In this document: positions 56,455-64,000 of the stretch, one piece after another
How the letters are laid out: each line of letters begins with the position of its first letter
Numbering within the stretch: position 1 is the first letter of the stretch
Source: a virus
Direction: 5' to 3' (one strand)
IMG/VR virus record: IMGVR_UViG_3300027872_000002
Location: 1-64,000 of that record
DNA length: 64,000 nucleotides
Translations under genes and position numbers: made by a program
The notes under the pieces: generated by a model
Databases searched by the model: none
The model's input: the letters and a program-made list of their open reading frames with translations, nothing else
Told to the model about the DNA's origin: nothing

Positions 56455-56764
56455 ACCAAACCGGGAGCACCAAGCTCTCATGAAATCCATCTTCAAGGAA
56501 TCGCTTGCCACGATCATCGAGCGAGAGGCATTGTACGGATCCGGTTCAGGGGATCTAGGAAGGGCCTTGCACGCGTTATTCCCTGAGGGGGTGACCCTAG
56601 ATACCCCTGAGGACTTCGCACGCTTCTCCGACTTCCAGCAAGTGGTCGCCAAACTCAACCGATACGCCAAGAGCTTCAGTGACGGAGGGCATCTGGATTC
56701 GATCCATGACGCCGGCAATTATGCCAAGCTCCTTGAGGCCCAAGACCGGAGGGCAGCAGAATGA
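56441..56764 (+). CDS. all-alpha MazG/DUF1599-like protein (tentative)
   Basis: 107 aa. YGSGSGDLG ... KLNRYAK ... DSIHDAGNYAKLL resembles the DUF1599 / NTP-PPase helical pattern. Confidence 0.4.
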   Translation: MMMARPNREHQALMKSIFKESLATIIEREALYGSGSGDLGRALHALFPEGVTLDTPEDFARFSDFQQVVAKLNRYAKSFSDGGHLDSIHDAGNYAKLLEAQDRRAAE

Positions 56765-57636
56765 AGCGCAAGGTCTGGATGATCTTTCCAAGCCACAACC
56801 AGGACTGGGCCACGACCATGATTGGATCCTTGGAGCACATGGAGCATTTCATGAAGTGCTACAACGTTGGGATCCTGGTCCACGCCCAGTGGCCGCACAC
56901 GCGAGCATCCGTGCGAGAGATGAGGGATGCGTTTCTGGATCACGGGGCCAAATCTTGGCACGATGTCTTCAGCACCCAGAGCGTTGTCAAGAGTTGGAAG
57001 ATGGAGGAGCTTGGCTGTCCAATCGCCACCATACGCAATGCGTGTTTCCGTGGGACGGTCATCGAGCCGGGAGACATCATCTTCAACCTGGACGATGACT
57101 TTGAATTCTCGGGTGGGACTCTCAAGTACCATTGGTCATCTGGCGACCATTACTCAGACGTCATCGAGTACATGTTTGATAATCCGCGATGTGGGTCGGT
57201 GATGTGTACGGGCCACCTTGGCGGGACTGGAAAGGAGCGCACAATCTATCCACGAGTCCACGACCTGTGGGCGACCAATCGTGGTTTGTTTCTCCTCCGG
57301 ATCCCAGAGATGAAATTGCCGTTGGTTCCCACCTGGTCTCTCCGGATGAGAGGAACGATGGAGGAGACCGCCATGGTGTACTCAAGGATCGCTGAGGGCC
57401 TGTATCCTGCCAAGACGATGAACTGTCCGACCATCCATCGCAATGCGGGGAATGCGTCCAGAGACGCCCATGACGATCCACTCCACTACATCGAGTATCA
57501 ATACCTTCACACGACCAAATACATCCGTGAGAAATGGGACCAACCGGACTGGGACTATGAGAAGCGGAGATTGCCCCAGGGGCTCATCAAAGAATACCTG
57601 GAGGCCGGTGGGGATCCGGAGATGTTGAGGACATGA
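56761..57636 (+). CDS. GT-A fold (family 2-like) glycosyltransferase candidate
   Basis: 291 aa. N-terminal VWMIFPSHNQ and a DxD-type IIFNLDDDFEF. Confidence 0.5.
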   Translation: MKRKVWMIFPSHNQDWATTMIGSLEHMEHFMKCYNVGILVHAQWPHTRASVREMRDAFLDHGAKSWHDVFSTQSVVKSWKMEELGCPIATIRNACFRGTVIEPGDIIFNLDDDFEFSGGTLKYHWSSGDHYSDVIEYMFDNPRCGSVMCTGHLGGTGKERTIYPRVHDLWATNRGLFLLRIPEMKLPLVPTWSLRMRGTMEETAMVYSRIAEGLYPAKTMNCPTIHRNAGNASRDAHDDPLHYIEYQYLHTTKYIREKWDQPDWDYEKRRLPQGLIKEYLEAGGDPEMLRT

Positions 57637-58196
57637 GCGCCAGGATCCTGGTTCTGGATTTGGAGACCACTTGGCTCAGGGGGCCGGAGGCTCTGCCCAT
57701 CGACCAGCAGCCGCGCATCATCGAGGTGGGCGTGGCCGTTCTCAGCAAGACCAAGGGCCTCAAAAAATTGGAGACCTTCAGCACCTTCCTCAACCCCGGC
57801 ATTCCCATCCCGGAGGAGAGCGTCAAGATCACGGGCATCACGGATGAGATGGTGGCTGAAGCGCCATCGTTCCCAGGGGTCTATAATCGACTGGTGGAGT
57901 TGTTCTATGGTTGCCGGATCCTCGTGGCCCACAACCTCTCGTTTGATCGAGCGGTGTTGATCTCTGAGCTTGAGAGGATTGGACGGCCATACCAATTCCC
58001 GTGGCCACCGGAGCACATCTGTACAGTCGAGGAGACCGAACATCTGAAGGGCAAGATGCTCAAGCAAAAGGACCTGTACCAACTCGCCACCGGAGAGGAA
58101 GCCAACCAAACCCATCGAGCCCTCGATGACGTTGATCAGTTGGTCACGATCCTCCGTTGGATCCAGAGAGAGGAGAACCCACCATGGCTGAGGTGA
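57633..58196 (+). CDS. dnaQ: DnaQ-like 3'-5' exonuclease (DEDDh)
   Basis: 187 aa. ExoI VLDLETT, ExoII VAHNLSFDRAVL, ExoIII HRALDDV. Confidence 0.8.
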   Translation: MSARILVLDLETTWLRGPEALPIDQQPRIIEVGVAVLSKTKGLKKLETFSTFLNPGIPIPEESVKITGITDEMVAEAPSFPGVYNRLVELFYGCRILVAHNLSFDRAVLISELERIGRPYQFPWPPEHICTVEETEHLKGKMLKQKDLYQLATGEEANQTHRALDDVDQLVTILRWIQREENPPWLR

Positions 58197-58197
58197 T

Positions 58198-61059
58198 ATG
58201 ATCCATTTGAGATTGCGGACTGAGTTCAGTTTCCGGAGGGCTTATGGGCGACCATCGCAGGTCCTCGATGCCCTTGGTCCCAACCCAATCGCTGCCGGCA
58301 TAACGGACACCGGAACCTGGGGCCACGTGACGTGGTGGAAGCAATGTCGAGAGGCAGGGGTCAAGCCAATCCTGGGGGCGGAGGTCCTGTGCGTGCCGGA
58401 TCCCTTGGACAAGACTCGCCAGACCGGACCCATGGTTGCTCTTTTGGCCACCTCTGAGAAGGGCCTGGGGGAGCTATACCGGCTCATGAGTCGAGCCAAC
58501 GGGGCAGATCAATTTTACTATGTCCCACGCACAAGCTACGATCAACTGAACAAGACCTCTCCCGGCATCGTGGTTCTCTCCGGAGCCAATGCGGATCTGG
58601 GAGCCTTGAAGGATCGTGAGAACGTCTGGTTGGAAATGACTCCTGGCAACAGCGCTTGGAATCGGAGAGTGGCCAGTGAGAAGGGTTGGAAGAAAGTGGT
58701 CACCGGCAACAACCTATACCCAAGGACGGAGGACAATGAGGTTTATGAAATCTTGGCCGGTCGCAATCGGCGCACTCGTATCAGTGGCACTCATATTCAG
58801 AGCCACGAGGAGCTTGCGCTTGATATCCCGCAAGCAGGACCCTCAGAGTTTGCTGCGTCGCATCAGATCGCAGGGCTTGTAGACATCCAAGGTCTGCCAC
58901 AAAGCGTGATGGTCACGGAGGACTGGCCAAAGGATCTGTTGACCCTCTGCCAAGAGGGCATCAAGTATCGAGGCTTCACCAAGACCGGCAAGCTCCGGTG
59001 GACGGCTGCGTATGAGGCCAGGATGAAGCATGAGTTGAAGATGCTCCGGGACAAGGATTTTGAAGACTACTTCCACGTCATCACAGACATGGTCGTTGGG
59101 GCCAAAGATGCCGGGATGTTCGTGGGACCGGCTCGTGGTTCCGCTGCCGGCTCGCTGGTCTGCTATCTGCTCAGGATAACCGATGTGGATCCAATCCTTC
59201 ATGACCTCATGTTTGAGCGATTCGTGGACGTGACCCGCAGCGACCTCCCGGACATTGATATTGACTTCCCTGATGTGAAGCGGGAGGATGTGATCCAGCA
59301 ACTCAGGGATCGCTGGGGAGAGGACCGGGTTGGGAGGTTTGGAACGGTCATGAGATACAAGCCCAAGAGTGCGATTGGCGATGTGGCTCGTGAGCTGAAT
59401 ATCCCGCTGTGGGAGGTCGAGGATGTGAAGGGCACGATCACTGACCGTAGCTCCGGCGATGAGCGTGCCGCATTCGGTGTAGCAGACGCCTTAGATGACA
59501 CCGAGGTAGGAAGGGCCTTGGTGGAGAAGTATCCTGGTATGCGGCTGGCAGGGGTGATCGAGGGCCACGCGAGACAGAGCGGAATGCATGCGGCTGGAGT
59601 CCTGGTGACCGAGAGTCCTTTGACGGACTTCGCTGCGGTCACTCGGGATGGGATGGCCCAGATCGACAAGAAGGATGCTGACGCCTTGGGGATGCTCAAA
59701 ATTGACTGCCTTGGGCTCCGGACTCTCTCTGTCTTGGAGGACTGTCTGGCCCAGATCGGGAAGGATCCCGAATGGCTGAACAACTATCCTCTCGATGATG
59801 AGGAAGCGTTTGAGGTTCTCAATGAGGAAAGGTATGCCGGCATCTTCCAGTTTGAGGGATATGCCCTCCAAGCTCTCTGTCGGGAAATGAAGATCAGGGA
59901 CTTCAGCGACATCGCATCCATCACGGCCCTGGCCCGTCCTGGCCCTCTCCATTGTGGGGCTGCCAGCGACTTCGTTGCCCGGAGATTGGGGACCCAAAAA
60001 ATCGAGGAGCTTCACCCAATTCTGACAGAGGCTGCGAGCGACAGCTATGGGACCGTCATCTACCAAGAGCAGGTCATGAAGGTTTGCCGGGAGATGGGCC
60101 AGTTCAGTTGGGAGGATGTGACGATGATCCGTCGCATTATGTCCCAGAGCTTTGGTGATGAGTTCTTTGCGAGGTACTGGGAGAAGTTCAGGAAGGGAGC
60201 AGCCAGCGTTGGCGTGGATGAGGAGACGGCACAGATCGTTTGGGACAAGATCTGCACGTTTGGATCGTGGGCCTTCAACAAGTCTCACGCCGTGTCGTAT
60301 GGACTCATCTCATACTGGTGCTGTCTCCTCAAGGCCCACCATCCCCTGGAGTTTGGAGCAGCCTGTCTCCGCAACACCAAGGGTGACGATCAAGCCATCA
60401 AGATCCTCCGGGAGCTTATGACTGAAGGAGTCGCATTCACGCCGGTCGATCCAGACCACTCTGGGCTCACTTGGGAGGTCCATGAGGGCCGGTTGATTGG
60501 AGGGTTGACCAACATCAAGGGCATCGGTCCAGCCAAGGCTCGCGACATCATGAGGAGACGCGATGAAGGCAAACCGATGACCCCAGGACTGGCCAAAGCT
60601 CTGCTGGATCCGGAGACGCCATTTGATCGACCATTTGAAGCCAAGGATAGATTTGGGGACATGTACGACAACCCCAGCGACCATGGGATCAATTCTGGAG
60701 GAGTGTCACGGATCCAGGACATCCACGAGGCCGGAGAGTATGTGTTCATCGGCAAGCTTGTACAGCGGAAATTGCGGGACATGAATGAGGCGTTCACAGT
60801 AGCCCAACGTGGGGGTCGATTGATCAAAGGTCGGACCAGATTTTTGAACCTAGTTTTGGAGGACGATAGTGGCCAGATCATCGGCAAGGTGACACGGGAC
60901 CGATACCACAAATTGGGCAAGCCAATCGTTGAGGAAATGAACAACGGTGACTACTGTCTTTTCAAGGGCATTGTGCGCGATGGATGGCGTATCGTTTACA
61001 TCAAAAAATGGAGGTATCTTGAGGGCAAGGATGCCCCACCTTTGGAGGCTGTAAATTGA
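58198..61059 (+). CDS. dnaE: DNA polymerase III alpha subunit-like (C-family) polymerase
   Basis: 953 aa. N-terminal PHP-like region, GPARGSAAGSLVCYLLRITDVDP, FERFVDVTRSDLPDIDIDF, FNKSHAVSY. Confidence 0.9.
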   Translation: MIHLRLRTEFSFRRAYGRPSQVLDALGPNPIAAGITDTGTWGHVTWWKQCREAGVKPILGAEVLCVPDPLDKTRQTGPMVALLATSEKGLGELYRLMSRANGADQFYYVPRTSYDQLNKTSPGIVVLSGANADLGALKDRENVWLEMTPGNSAWNRRVASEKGWKKVVTGNNLYPRTEDNEVYEILAGRNRRTRISGTHIQSHEELALDIPQAGPSEFAASHQIAGLVDIQGLPQSVMVTEDWPKDLLTLCQEGIKYRGFTKTGKLRWTAAYEARMKHELKMLRDKDFEDYFHVITDMVVGAKDAGMFVGPARGSAAGSLVCYLLRITDVDPILHDLMFERFVDVTRSDLPDIDIDFPDVKREDVIQQLRDRWGEDRVGRFGTVMRYKPKSAIGDVARELNIPLWEVEDVKGTITDRSSGDERAAFGVADALDDTEVGRALVEKYPGMRLAGVIEGHARQSGMHAAGVLVTESPLTDFAAVTRDGMAQIDKKDADALGMLKIDCLGLRTLSVLEDCLAQIGKDPEWLNNYPLDDEEAFEVLNEERYAGIFQFEGYALQALCREMKIRDFSDIASITALARPGPLHCGAASDFVARRLGTQKIEELHPILTEAASDSYGTVIYQEQVMKVCREMGQFSWEDVTMIRRIMSQSFGDEFFARYWEKFRKGAASVGVDEETAQIVWDKICTFGSWAFNKSHAVSYGLISYWCCLLKAHHPLEFGAACLRNTKGDDQAIKILRELMTEGVAFTPVDPDHSGLTWEVHEGRLIGGLTNIKGIGPAKARDIMRRRDEGKPMTPGLAKALLDPETPFDRPFEAKDRFGDMYDNPSDHGINSGGVSRIQDIHEAGEYVFIGKLVQRKLRDMNEAFTVAQRGGRLIKGRTRFLNLVLEDDSGQIIGKVTRDRYHKLGKPIVEEMNNGDYCLFKGIVRDGWRIVYIKKWRYLEGKDAPPLEAVN

Positions 61060-61481
61060 GTACAGAATCAGGGCTCTGGGGACTCATCAGAAAGAGCCAT
61101 CCTGAGGGCCATTGGGTCAGGGTTGAGAACCGTGTCGAGCTTGGGACTCCTGACGTCAATTTCTGCCTCCCAGGTGGCTTTGAAGGATGGGTAGAATTGA
61201 AGGTGGTATCGAGATGGCCAGTGCGTGGCGGTCCTCTCCGGACTCCCCACTTCACCAAGGAGCAAAGGTGGTGGCTCAGGACTCGGACCAAGTATGGAGG
61301 CCATGCTGGATTGCTCCTCAGAGTGGACAAAGGTCCCAAGCGATATTTGTTGCTGCCTGGGGCTTGGGCTGCGGACTATCTTGGCGAGGAGACTCAAGAA
61401 GTTTTGGAGCAGAGAGCCGTGGGAGTTTGGGGTCCCAACTTTGACAAATATGAACTCATGAGAGCCGTGAAGCTCCTGTAG
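61056..61481 (+). CDS. VRR-NUC / PD-(D/E)xK nuclease-like protein
   Basis: 141 aa. GTPDVNFCL...GWVELKV fits the D...ExK core. Followed by the hairpin AGGGCC-TAT-GGCCCT. Confidence 0.5.
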   Translation: MSTESGLWGLIRKSHPEGHWVRVENRVELGTPDVNFCLPGGFEGWVELKVVSRWPVRGGPLRTPHFTKEQRWWLRTRTKYGGHAGLLLRVDKGPKRYLLLPGAWAADYLGEETQEVLEQRAVGVWGPNFDKYELMRAVKLL

Positions 61482-61660
61482 CGCCAAAGGGCCTATGGCC
61501 CTATGTTGTTCCCGAATCAGCCGCCACAGAATTGGAGATTTGGCTGGATAGGGTGCGTCATTACTCGTGTTCCAAAATAGGCCCATTTTCAGGTAGCCAA
61601 TCGCTCCAATCTCAGCGTATCTTTGATGTAGGGAATGATCCCTGAAACGAGGAGATTGAA

Positions 61661-61927
61661 ATGACGGACCTGACCAACGCTTCAGACGCACTGCTGACCT
61701 ACCTCAGGGAAGCTGCCATCAACGATGACTGCGAGGACTGGGCAGACGTGATGTTGGAGGACGGAGAGTTGACCGCCCAACAGCGTGGCAACATGACAGA
61801 CCTCAAGGGCAAAGGGCTCCTGGAATATGGCGTGCGGGATTCTGATGGCTGGAGAGAGTACACTTGGTACCGTGTGGACATGGTGACCGAGGTTCAGATT
61901 GTTGGCGTCAACCAGGAGGGGGCCTGA
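61661..61927 (+). CDS. hypothetical protein
   Basis: 88 aa, preceded by GGAGATTGAAATG. Its stop lies inside the 28-nt cassette. Confidence 0.45.
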   Translation: MTDLTNASDALLTYLREAAINDDCEDWADVMLEDGELTAQQRGNMTDLKGKGLLEYGVRDSDGWREYTWYRVDMVTEVQIVGVNQEGA

Positions 61928-62180
61928 GACGGTCACTCTCACGAGGGCTGAGCAGTTGCGGGCAGGACGGGCCTGGAACAAGATGATTGACCATGAGTGC
62001 GGAATTGAGCCGGATGGCCTTTTCCCAGAGGGTCACCAGGTCGATGATCCGACTGGCGAGATGGGCTGGACGATGTTGACCATCGAGGCTGACCGTCAGG
62101 CCAATTGGGACAGCCGGACTTATGAGGAAATTTTGGCCACCAAAGCCCAGGACGTTCTGGCCTGGGAGAACGCATCATGA
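61899..62180 (+). CDS. hypothetical protein (start uncertain)
   Basis: ORF in the +1 frame relative to the previous gene (TTG 61899, next ATG 61979). Begins with the conserved RRGPETVTL. Confidence 0.35.
   Translation: MLASTRRGPETVTLTRAEQLRAGRAWNKMIDHECGIEPDGLFPEGHQVDDPTGEMGWTMLTIEADRQANWDSRTYEEILATKAQDVLAWENAS
61912..61939 (+). repeat. exact 28-nt cassette, copy 1 (CCAGGAGGGGGCCTGAGACGGTCACTCT)
   Basis: Identical to 62587..62614. Contains the upstream gene's TGA stop. Confidence 0.85.
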
Positions 62181-62213
62181 ACACCATACCCAAGGAGATT
62201 GAAATGGACAAGT

Positions 62214-62602
62214 ATGAAGCCCAGATGAGATTCGCATTCGCAGCCGTCGCCACCATCGCTGGTGAGATGGCCTCTGGCGATTTTGAAGGCCACTCGGGAA
62301 CCATCAATATGGAGATGGCCGGAGCTATGGAAAATTACCTCAACTTGGTGGGCTATGTATCGGCCCATGGGATGCGCCATAGCGGCTACACCCTCAGAGA
62401 GCTACAGGGCAACATCGAGGATCTTGGACGCCGTGGTGTGGTGACCCAAGAGACGGTCGATGCCGTGGAGCATTATTGCTCTGAGGTTGACAACCTGTAC
62501 TTGGATGAGCCCATCCAGTGCGGCAAGAGACGGGCCTCCACCAAGTGTGAGTGCGGTTGGAGAAGCTGGAGCCAGAACCACCCTTGCCAGGAGGGGGCCT
62601 GA
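62214..62602 (+). CDS. hypothetical protein
   Basis: ORF 62177..62602. ATG 62214 is preceded by AAGGAGATTGAA (alternative ATGA-overlap start at 62177). Its stop lies inside the second 28-nt cassette. Confidence 0.45.
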
Positions 62603-62614
62603 GACGGTCACTCT
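62587..62614 (+). repeat. exact 28-nt cassette, copy 2
   Basis: Identical to 61912..61939. Contains the stop of ORF 62177/62214..62602. Confidence 0.85.
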
Positions 62615-62636
62615 GAGAGAGCAAGCTTGGCTGGAC

Positions 62637-62786
62637 ATGATCGCTCGTGAGAATGGAGCCACCCATGATTGCGAGCTTTGTGGCCGCCCAATCCGCCACA
62701 AGGGCTGGTGCGTCGGCTGTGAGGCAGATCTGGACCATGGCCAGGATGACTATTACTACGCTCTCAATCAGGAGGACGGATCATGA
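62637..62786 (+). CDS. hypothetical Cys-rich protein (start uncertain, may extend upstream to include RRGPETVTL)
   Basis: 3' part of ORF 62460..62786. ATG 62637, alternative GTG 62547. CELCG...CVGC. Confidence 0.35.
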   Translation: MIARENGATHDCELCGRPIRHKGWCVGCEADLDHGQDDYYYALNQEDGS

Positions 62787-63037
62787 CGGACTTCCTGCTG
62801 AAGGATGAGGGAGAGTTCATTGCCGTCAAGCCTCAGACGGAGAGGGCCAAGGAATGGGCCCATGAGCATGGCTACAAGAATGACCTCCACGCCCAGTTCC
62901 CTGATGGGTTCTGCGGCCAGCCCACTTGGGCTCCCGGACACGATGGGGTCTACTCATTCGGCATCCGCCCAGGAGCCCCATACGTCTTCATCAGCCTCAT
63001 CGAGTCGGCTGGCTTCTCCCAGCAAGGAGACTTTTGA
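62783..63037 (+). CDS. hypothetical protein
   Basis: 84 aa with an ATGA overlap. Confidence 0.45.
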   Translation: MTDFLLKDEGEFIAVKPQTERAKEWAHEHGYKNDLHAQFPDGFCGQPTWAPGHDGVYSFGIRPGAPYVFISLIESAGFSQQGDF

Positions 63038-63252
63038 TGGCCCACTATGTGATGGACGTCAACTTCATCGGCCAGCCCGTGGCCCGCAAGTTCACCAAGC
63101 GGCAACGACACGGCGTGTGGCAGGTTCGCATGGACACGATTGTAGCCGGTTGGATGGTGGACTCGACCTTCTACCCATTGGACACCAACGAGGGCCGGCA
63201 GACGCTGGCTAGGATGTGCGTATCACCCGATATGCTGACGGAGGAAAGGTGA
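63037..63252 (+). CDS. hypothetical protein
   Basis: Internal ATG 63037 (TGATG overlap) of ORF 62926..63252. Confidence 0.4.
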   Translation: MAHYVMDVNFIGQPVARKFTKRQRHGVWQVRMDTIVAGWMVDSTFYPLDTNEGRQTLARMCVSPDMLTEER

Positions 63253-63458
63253 TGAGCCGTCTCAAACCTTGGAACGACCTCTTCCATCCCGCACCGGACA
63301 GAAAGAAGGTGACTTGCCGGTTGTGCGGACGGAGAGTGGTCATCATGAAAAATGGACAGATATTCAACCACCATGGAATCGAGGACCGGAAGCAATGGTC
63401 CAAGACGACGTGGTGCCCAGCAGGACTCACGCAACACAAGGAGATTGAAAATGGATAA
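63252..63458 (+). CDS. hypothetical small Cys/His protein
   Basis: Internal ATG 63252 (TGATG overlap) of ORF 63216..63458. CRLCG ... HH ... C. Confidence 0.4.
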   Translation: MSRLKPWNDLFHPAPDRKKVTCRLCGRRVVIMKNGQIFNHHGIEDRKQWSKTTWCPAGLTQHKEIENG

Positions 63459-63897
63459 GCGGATCAAGGATGTGGTGGAGTTCGCAGAGGAAGTCTTGGA
63501 GGCAGTGACCAGGACCATCCATCACGAGTATCTTGGAGACACCAGCATCGCTGAGTCCCACGACATCGAGGAGTACACGTTTGGGCTACAGAGGGCCATC
63601 GATGCCCTCAAAGCGGATCCTCCCAGAGAGTTTGACTTTGGGATGACTGGAGACCGGGAGGACGTGCTGGAGCAGATGGTGGACCAAGGCCAGCTGGCCA
63701 ACGTCTTGGATGCCCTGGCCCAAGTCTGCCACAACAAGGGAGCCCATCTTGACCACGCATGGGACGATGTCGCTGCTGCCGGTCGCTGGGCTGGGGCCGC
63801 TGGTGAGATCGAGGAGCTTGCGGCTGAGACAGCCTACCCATGGATCATCCACCGCACAGGCCCACGCCTGATGAAGTCCAACCGCAAAGGAGATTGA
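63451..63897 (+). CDS. hypothetical protein
   Basis: Internal ATG 63451 of ORF 63352..63897, preceded by AAGGAGATTGAAA. Confidence 0.45.
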   Translation: MDKRIKDVVEFAEEVLEAVTRTIHHEYLGDTSIAESHDIEEYTFGLQRAIDALKADPPREFDFGMTGDREDVLEQMVDQGQLANVLDALAQVCHNKGAHLDHAWDDVAAAGRWAGAAGEIEELAAETAYPWIIHRTGPRLMKSNRKGD

Positions 63898-63900
63898 CTG

Positions 63901-64000
63901 ATGAAGGAGCAAATCACGGAACAGATTGAGTACAGCTGCCAGATGCTGGACGGTGGCGGCATTTGGAGGAAATGCGCGATGGCTCCTCCGGCTGACGTGA
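63901..64000 (+). CDS. hypothetical protein, 5' fragment (runs off the window)
   Basis: ATG 63901 preceded by AAGGAGATTGA. Open to the window end. Confidence 0.3.
   Translation, partial: MKEQITEQIEYSCQMLDGGGIWRKCAMAPPADV

Overview
All convincing genes in this 64 kb window lie on the + strand and are tightly packed, with many ATGA/TGATG/GTGA start-stop overlaps. It reads as most or all of a tailed dsDNA phage genome with a long non-contractile (sipho-type) tail.

Gene order:
- 0.2-6.3 kb: small early-type genes, including MazG-like, FkbM-type methyltransferase, Nudix and HTH/wHTH proteins.
- 6.3-6.65 kb: regulatory gap.
- 6.66-10.15 kb: terS, then a 640-bp dense repeat array and mini-ORFs, then terL.
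- 10.2-17.7 kb: portal, MuF-like head morphogenesis protein, scaffold, major capsid protein, connector.
- 17.7-25 kb: an unusually expanded neck region. It includes an 859-aa protein made of about 29 tandem 20-aa repeats.
- 25-31.2 kb: tail tube, chaperone pair with a candidate -1 frameshift, and a 1307-aa tape measure protein.
- 31.2-41.8 kb: tail tip and host-recognition genes, with a BNR/Asp-box propeller and LamG-type lectin-fold signatures.
- 42.2-44.5 kb: lysis cassette with an M15 peptidase.
- 44.5-44.95 kb: second regulatory gap.
- 44.96-61.5 kb: replication and nucleotide module. It holds an SNF2 helicase, a gp2.5-like SSB candidate, an AEP primase-polymerase, Dda/RecD-like and UvrD-like helicases, nucleases, a flavoprotein-ThyX-HAD-MazG/DUF1599-like-GT-A cluster, and DnaQ-like and DnaE-like polymerase subunits.
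- 61.6-64 kb: small genes that probably continue into the window start (circular permutation or wrap-around).

No integrase, repressor, tRNA, rRNA, CRISPR array or transposase was recognised.

The observations I consider most worth follow-up are:
1. The repeat array between terS and terL.
2. The 20-aa tandem-repeat neck protein.
3. The flavoprotein/ThyX/GT-A cluster, as a possible nucleotide, DNA or glycan modification system.
4. The shared TGCCAATAGGT boxes in the two large intergenic regions.
5. An exact 28-nt cassette that spans two stop codons.

All functional calls come from motif reading by eye. No database search was run.
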